Shown here: positions 25,730-30,566 of the stretch, piece after piece | Layout of the letters: each line of letters starts with the position of its first letter | Numbering within the stretch: the first letter of the stretch is position 1 | DNA from: a virus | Taxonomy: Duplodnaviria > Heunggongvirae > Uroviricota > Caudoviricetes | Virus record (IMG/VR): IMGVR_UViG_2609459826_000004 | Coordinates: 1 to 30,566 of that record | Reading direction: 5' to 3' (one strand) | DNA: 30,566 nucleotides | The notes under the pieces: generated by a model | What the model was told of the DNA's origin: nothing | Seen by the model: the letters and a program-made list of their open reading frames with translations, nothing else | Databases searched by the model: none | Position numbers and translations under genes: made by a program

Positions 25730-27091
25730 GTGAAGCTATCCAGCATCCACGTTAAATCCCTCGCCATCAACGCCTCCAACATCTCAACGACAACCATCAA
25801 CGGGCAAGAACACTACGTCATTCGTGGTGCGGTTCCGATCGTCGATGACATCGTAATGAACGGTGGGCTCTATCCGGCTGAGGAGATTAACAACAGCTAC
25901 CAGACGATGGAAGGCAAGCTGATGCCGCTGCCGCACCCGATGGTAGATGGCAAGTATGTCAGCGCCAACGATCCGCGCGCTATCAACGCTTATCACGTTG
26001 GAGCCTGGGCTCAGAACGTCAGCAAATCCGGCGATCAGGTCGTCATGGACGTTTACATCAACAAGGCTGTTGCTGAGACGAAACCTGATGGCAAGCGCCT
26101 GATTAACCGCCTCGACGAGATGATCGCCGGCACCAACACCGACCCGATTCACCTCTCTACCGGCCTTCTCACCAACAAAGAGAAGAAGTCGGGCGAGTCG
26201 AAGGAGAAAAAGTACACCTGGATCGCCCGCAACATGCAGTTCGACCACATTGCCATCCTGCTGGATGAACCGGGAGCCGGAACGCCGGAAGAGGGCGTCG
26301 GCATGTTCGTGAACGCTGACGGTCAGGAAGGTGAGGTCGAAACTGCCAGCCTCATCGACGCGGCAAACAGCCTCAAAGACGGGCTGGTGAATAAGGTGAA
26401 GTTCTTCCTCACCCACAACTCCGACGCCTCCTTCGACGAAATCTACCAGATGCTGCGAGAGGCCATCCGCGCGCCGTCCGGCAGTGATGTTTATCGCTAT
26501 GTGGTGACCGTCTGGCCGGACAAATTCATTTACGAAGAGGGGTCGAAACTCTTCCAGCAAAAATACCTCATCGACGACAGCACAGTGACGCTGGTCGGCG
26601 ATGCAGTCGAAGTCGTGCGCAAACCCACTGAGTACGAAGTCAAAACCAACGGAGAACAAAACCCGATGAAACAGAAGATGATCGCCGCGCTCAATGCCGC
26701 AGGCGTAACAACCGAGGGGCTGACCGACGATCAGGTCTGGGATGCCTACAACCAGCAGATGCAGAAGAAAGCCGGTGGCGGCGATCCGGCTGGCGCTCAG
26801 GTGAATACTGATGCCATTACCGCAGCGGTAAACGCTGCTCTCACTCCGCTGACCGACAAAATCAGCCACCTGGAAACGCAGCTGCAGGCCAATGCGGAAA
26901 AAGATATCACCGCGAAGCGCCAGGCGGTGAAAGCCAAGTTCCCGTTCATGACCGAAGCGGCGATCAACTCGCTGGCTGGCGACGCGCTGAACGATATGTT
27001 CTCGCAGTGCCAGACCAGCACCGGGCTGAACCCTGCATTCCAGGGTAACGGCGCACAAAGCGAAATCCTTACCATGGAGGCACCTGAATAA
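25730..27091 (+). CDS. Putative head scaffolding / prohead maturation protein
   Basis: 453 aa, GTG start with TGAGGA RBS; C-terminal half coiled-coil-like (scaffold-like). Positioned between the MuF-like and capsid genes. Family assignment (DUF2213-like) is a recollection only. Confidence 0.5.
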   Translation: MKLSSIHVKSLAINASNISTTTINGQEHYVIRGAVPIVDDIVMNGGLYPAEEINNSYQTMEGKLMPLPHPMVDGKYVSANDPRAINAYHVGAWAQNVSKSGDQVVMDVYINKAVAETKPDGKRLINRLDEMIAGTNTDPIHLSTGLLTNKEKKSGESKEKKYTWIARNMQFDHIAILLDEPGAGTPEEGVGMFVNADGQEGEVETASLIDAANSLKDGLVNKVKFFLTHNSDASFDEIYQMLREAIRAPSGSDVYRYVVTVWPDKFIYEEGSKLFQQKYLIDDSTVTLVGDAVEVVRKPTEYEVKTNGEQNPMKQKMIAALNAAGVTTEGLTDDQVWDAYNQQMQKKAGGGDPAGAQVNTDAITAAVNAALTPLTDKISHLETQLQANAEKDITAKRQAVKAKFPFMTEAAINSLAGDALNDMFSQCQTSTGLNPAFQGNGAQSEILTMEAPE

Positions 27092-27552
27092 TGGCACTCG
27101 TTCCTCGTTTCCATACCGTAATCGCGGGCCCGGCCCGCAAGAATGACCCGCAGGTCATCGAGGCCCTCATGGCCGCCTCTATTAAGCCAGGCTCACTGGT
27201 CATGCTGGACAGCGCCGGGAAACTGGCTGTTCACAACGTGGCTGGCGGTGCTGGCGTAGCACTGGCACTACAGCACAACTATATCGGTGGCGGAGATATC
27301 CGGGATTCTGTCCCTGCCGGGGATACCGGCGCAGCCATCATGTGCGAAGACGATGTCGATTATCACATGCTGGTTAAGGCCGGTGAGGTGCTGCTGGAAA
27401 ACGAAGGCTTGGTTTCTGCCGGTGACGGTACGCTCGCCAAGTCAACCACTCCAGCAACAGACAAAGTCCTCTTCTACTCACGCGAGAAAATCACTGTCGG
27501 CGCTGAAGCGCAGCTTGTGAAAGTTCGCAAATCAGGGAAAGCAACCGCATGA
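27091..27552 (+). CDS. Hypothetical head protein (possible decoration/cement protein)
   Basis: 153-aa ORF between the scaffold-like and major capsid genes; GGAGG RBS; overlapping stop/start. Confidence 0.5.
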   Translation: MALVPRFHTVIAGPARKNDPQVIEALMAASIKPGSLVMLDSAGKLAVHNVAGGAGVALALQHNYIGGGDIRDSVPAGDTGAAIMCEDDVDYHMLVKAGEVLLENEGLVSAGDGTLAKSTTPATDKVLFYSREKITVGAEAQLVKVRKSGKATA

Positions 27553-28604
27553 GCATGATCGTTTTCAACAAAAAGCTGGTTACCGAACATAACCAGATTA
27601 AGCAGGCGTGGAATCAGCTGCTGATGCAGCGTGAAGCGTTCAACATCAACCAGAACACCATCACCGCCCAGTACAACGGCGCGCTGGAAGTTAACCAGGC
27701 CGCGCTGATTTCCAAAGACTACTGGCGCGAAGTGGACAACATCACCACCCGCGTTTTCCGCAATGACGAAGGCAACGGTCTGCTGGATGACCTGCTTGGG
27801 CTCGGTACGCCGATCTCTATCGGCAAAACCGCCGCTCTGTACCGCGTTTCCAGCGACGCCGGCAAGGTACATCGCACCCTGACTGGCCATGTGCCGGAAG
27901 AGCTGGATAAAGTCATCTACGACGAAGCAGGCGACCCGATCCCAATCTTCAACACCGGCTACAGCCGTGAATGGCGTGAATGGAACGGCATGCAGTCGGA
28001 AAACCTCGACGCGATGGCCGACGACCAGGAAGCGCACGTTGCAGCCATCCGTGAAGACATGGCTGACTACATGCTGTCTGGTGACGCGAAGGTGAAGGTG
28101 AAAGGCTACGTCGGCGCAGGTATCACCAACCACGCCAACACCAATCAGGTGGATCTGAGCGCGTCCGGTCTGAACATCGACCTGACCACCGCCAACCCTG
28201 ACGAGATGGTCGCGTTCTTCACTGGCCCGTTCGCTAAGCTCCTGGACGATAACTACGTGCAGGAGAAGGTGAAGGTGTGGGTGTCGCCTGACATCATGCG
28301 CAACATGAGCAAACCGTATTCCTCCGCTGCCGGCTTCAAAGAAGGTACAGTGCTGGAGTACATCCTGCGCTACGGCCGCATCGAGTCTGTTAACCAGACC
28401 TTTAAGCTGACCGGTAACCACTTCATCGCGTACGTGCGCAACTCGCAGTACATCAAGACGCGTATCGCCGCGCCGGTGGGTACCTTCATGATCCCGCGCC
28501 AGAATCCGTTCGACAACTACAACACTCTGGTATGGAGTGCGGTAGGTCTGCAGATCAAACGCGATTTCAACGGTCGCTCGAAAGTGTTCAACGCACAGGG
28601 TTAA
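27549..28604 (+). CDS. Major capsid protein
   Basis: 351-aa ORF after scaffold-like genes, followed by a strong intrinsic terminator, as is common after major capsid genes. No motif-level match claimed. Confidence 0.7.
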   Translation: MSMIVFNKKLVTEHNQIKQAWNQLLMQREAFNINQNTITAQYNGALEVNQAALISKDYWREVDNITTRVFRNDEGNGLLDDLLGLGTPISIGKTAALYRVSSDAGKVHRTLTGHVPEELDKVIYDEAGDPIPIFNTGYSREWREWNGMQSENLDAMADDQEAHVAAIREDMADYMLSGDAKVKVKGYVGAGITNHANTNQVDLSASGLNIDLTTANPDEMVAFFTGPFAKLLDDNYVQEKVKVWVSPDIMRNMSKPYSSAAGFKEGTVLEYILRYGRIESVNQTFKLTGNHFIAYVRNSQYIKTRIAAPVGTFMIPRQNPFDNYNTLVWSAVGLQIKRDFNGRSKVFNAQG

Positions 28605-28625
28605 GGGGCTTCGGCCCCTTTTCTT
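28603..28625 (+). terminator. Intrinsic terminator after the major capsid gene
   Basis: GGGGC-TTCG-GCCCC hairpin (extended by flanking A/T pairs) followed by TTTTCTT. Confidence 0.65.
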
Positions 28626-28636
28626 CAGGAGAGAAC

Positions 28637-28900
28637 ATGCAAAAGTTAAGAATCGAAAAATCGGGCTGCTGGGGCACGATTGATGGTGTATTCCAGCAAC
28701 TGCCTGTAGGTCATGAGTTCATTGCGGAATCCGTTCCGCCAGCGTTCGCAGGCCGGGTATCAGTCGTCGGTGAAGTCGGTGAGCAGGAGCTTGAGGTCGC
28801 CACGCCGGGCGATACTCCTGCAGAGCAGGCAGAGCAGGCAGAGCAGGCAGAGCAGGCAGAGCAGGCAGAAACCTCCTCTAAATCGAAGAAGGCGAAATAA
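28637..28900 (+). CDS. Hypothetical head-associated protein with (AEQ)5 repeat
   Basis: Start at internal ATG 28637 with AGGAGA RBS; 87 aa; C-terminus has PAEQAEQAEQAEQAEQAETSSKSKKAK encoded by a perfect 9-bp tandem repeat. Confidence 0.55.
   Translation: MQKLRIEKSGCWGTIDGVFQQLPVGHEFIAESVPPAFAGRVSVVGEVGEQELEVATPGDTPAEQAEQAEQAEQAEQAETSSKSKKAK
28820..28870. repeat. Perfect 9-bp tandem repeat (GCAGAGCAG) x5 plus partial copy, in frame
   Basis: gcagagcag repeated five times from 28820 to 28864, then gcagaa; encodes (AEQ)n. Confidence 0.8.
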
Positions 28901-28902
28901 CC

Positions 28903-29286
28903 ATGGCTGTAGTGCAGATAACGGCGGCGCAGGTTAAACAGCAGTTGGCTGCGCTTGGCTATACCACCGTTCCTGACTTCATGATCGACGCCTACCTGTG
29001 CAAGCTGGCGAAGATAGAACCCTGCCTGATTGCCGCCGGTTACGACGATTGCGATCTGATGCTCATCCAAGTGTACGCAGTCACCTTGATGGCTCTGACG
29101 GCGTACACGCAGCGGATTAAGTCGCAGGGTGCTCCGTCCGGTGCGTCCCGGTCGTTCGACTACAGCGACAGCGTGCTCAACATGCGTGACGCTCTGCTGG
29201 CGCTGGATACCTCCGGTTGCACGTCAGAGCTGCCCATCGATGTCGGGCAGAAGGTTGGGATGTTCCTCGTTGTTGGGGGCTGCTGA
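28903..29286 (+). CDS. Hypothetical head-tail connector / head completion protein
   Basis: 127-aa ORF in the head-tail joining region; call is positional. Confidence 0.5.
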   Translation: MAVVQITAAQVKQQLAALGYTTVPDFMIDAYLCKLAKIEPCLIAAGYDDCDLMLIQVYAVTLMALTAYTQRIKSQGAPSGASRSFDYSDSVLNMRDALLALDTSGCTSELPIDVGQKVGMFLVVGGC

Positions 29287-29459
29287 TGACCTGGACACCC
29301 GTAAGCGTCCGGCTGCCGCGCTCATTCACTCGCATCTGGGTGCTGACCGACACCGGTCGGGAGACTACCGGCTACGTCAAATCGGATGGGGAGTGGTTCA
29401 TTAACTGTGATCGCATCCGGGCTACTGGCGCGGTGGTGCTGCGCTGGAGGGAGGACTGA
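29286..29459 (+). CDS. Small hypothetical protein (57 aa)
   Basis: In-frame ATG within the track ORF 29217-29459, coupled to flanking genes. Confidence 0.35.
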   Translation: MTWTPVSVRLPRSFTRIWVLTDTGRETTGYVKSDGEWFINCDRIRATGAVVLRWRED

Positions 29460-29815
29460 TGTCGGCAACCGCGAATTGGAGTTACACCGCCAAAGCCACC
29501 ATCTGGCGCAAGGGCGCAGGCGGCAGGGATGAGAACGGCGACCCCATAAACGGCTATGACGCGCCGGTAGTCATCATGGTCGATTATGAGGGCGGGCTGT
29601 CAAAGCGCATCGGCAACCTGGGCACTGAAATCGTAGTGAAAAATACCGTCTGGACGGAATACGCGCTGGCCGACGCCGGTGATTACCTGCTGATTGGTGA
29701 ATCTACCGATGCCGATCCGGTTGCTGCTGGCGCTGACGAGGTGCGGCAGGTTATCCGCTACGCCGATACGTTCGAGCGAGTGGCGGATGATTTCGCCATC
29801 CTGACGGGAGTGTAG
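29459..29815 (+). CDS. Hypothetical head-tail joining protein
   Basis: 118-aa ORF, ATGA-type coupling; call is positional. Confidence 0.5.
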   Translation: MSATANWSYTAKATIWRKGAGGRDENGDPINGYDAPVVIMVDYEGGLSKRIGNLGTEIVVKNTVWTEYALADAGDYLLIGESTDADPVAAGADEVRQVIRYADTFERVADDFAILTGV

Positions 29816-29817
29816 CT

Positions 29818-30186
29818 ATGGGCATCAAAGTTAAGGGCATCAGTCAGGCGCGTAAAAACCTCAATGCCCTAGTCGGCGACATCCAGGGCCGTAAGACCAT
29901 CAGGGCCATGCAGTCGGCGCTGATTATCGGGGGCTCGCAGGCTGCGCTCTATACGCCGATCGACACGTCCACGCTGCTGAATAGTCAGTTTCGCGACATA
30001 ACCGTGAACGGCAATCGCGTAACGGGCCGTGTGGGATACTCTGCTAATTACGCGGTGTATGTTCACGACCCGAACGTACCTCAGACCTTCCGACGAGCTA
30101 CAGCACGGAAAGAATTCCTCACGAAAGGCTTTGAGGATACGCGAAGACAAATCGATGCGGTGATCGCCAAGGAGATGTCGCTATGA
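29818..30186 (+). CDS. HK97 gp10-like phage protein (tail-proximal)
   Basis: 122-aa ORF; size, position and the MGIKVKGISQARKNLNAL N-terminus resemble the HK97 gp10 family as I recall it. Confidence 0.55.
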   Translation: MGIKVKGISQARKNLNALVGDIQGRKTIRAMQSALIIGGSQAALYTPIDTSTLLNSQFRDITVNGNRVTGRVGYSANYAVYVHDPNVPQTFRRATARKEFLTKGFEDTRRQIDAVIAKEMSL

Positions 30187-30566
30187 CGCCCATGATGCAT
30201 GAGCGGGTGCGCAACATGTTCGGTGATGCTGGCCTCACGGCCGGGTTCACGGTGCAGAAGTTGATGTATGACGACCCGGAGGATCTGACGCAGGCCGTGA
30301 TGGTGTTCAGGCCAAACGGTGGTACCGACGTACGAAACGATCTTGGTTCTGAGCATTACGTCCTGGTCGATGTCATTGCTGCGAAGGACAGGCGCGGCGA
30401 CGCCGCTAATGCTGTTCAGCGTATTGTCGATTATGTTCAGGCAAACCCTATGGCTGATGAGTGCGTCGGCTATATCCAGAATATGGGCGCAATCCCCGCC
30501 CCGGTGTTAACAGAAGAGGGGCGAATGACCTTCCGGCTCCAGTTCGCCTGCACCTACGGCGAATAG
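30183..30566 (+). CDS. Hypothetical tail completion / tail-terminator-like protein
   Basis: 127-aa ORF, ATGA overlap with the upstream gene, ends at the window edge with a stop codon; call is positional. Confidence 0.5.
   Translation: MTPMMHERVRNMFGDAGLTAGFTVQKLMYDDPEDLTQAVMVFRPNGGTDVRNDLGSEHYVLVDVIAAKDRRGDAANAVQRIVDYVQANPMADECVGYIQNMGAIPAPVLTEEGRMTFRLQFACTYGE

Noticed and set aside
25784-27097. 437-aa minus-strand ORF antisense to the scaffold-like gene; likewise 27474-28421 (-), 22733-23317 (-), 23665-24309 (-) and 11780-12286 (-)
   Set aside because: Arg/Leu/Val-rich translations typical of antisense shadow ORFs in GC-rich coding DNA. The sense-strand genes fit a tightly coupled phage operon.
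28820-28870. Possible CRISPR array or other repeat-spacer structure
   Set aside because: Only a 9-bp perfect tandem repeat in frame within a CDS, with no spacers. No CRISPR-like repeat-spacer array exists anywhere in the window.

Overview
The window is almost entirely a lambdoid prophage of an enterobacterial-type host, with a Rac-like early-left region, and it begins exactly at the integrase start codon, so the attachment site is off-window. In order: a P4-type integrase (+); a leftward early operon (-) with an AlpA/Xis-like gene, a Redbeta/RecT-family annealase, a RecE-like exonuclease and small ORFs; an immunity region with a cI-like HTH/S24 repressor, a Cro-like gene, and OL/OR operators built from a 17-bp TTTAGC-N5-GCTAAA palindrome; a replication module (O-like initiator with internal iteron-like repeats, DnaB-family helicase); a nin-like region (NinB, NinG/Rap); a Q-type antiterminator; a tRNA-Arg(UCU) bracketed by two intrinsic terminators; a lysis cassette (two holin-like membrane proteins, GH108-type endolysin, overlapping Rz/Rz1 spanins); then packaging and head genes (TerS, TerL, portal, MuF-like, scaffold-like, major capsid, connector proteins) and the first tail-proximal genes. 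The best candidate for an undescribed system is an AT-richer cargo island between the lysis and packaging genes (about 19080-20700) carrying a predicted cytoplasmic trypsin/HtrA-like serine protease, a small upstream ORF, a convergent unknown ORF, its own operator-like repeats and a hairpin terminator. A second AT-richer single-gene moron with its own terminator sits inside the head module (25243-25698). No CRISPR array, rRNA, IS element or transposase was seen. All protein calls rest on motifs I recognise by eye and on gene order; no database search was run. Coordinates of small elements were hand-indexed and could be off by 1-2 nt.
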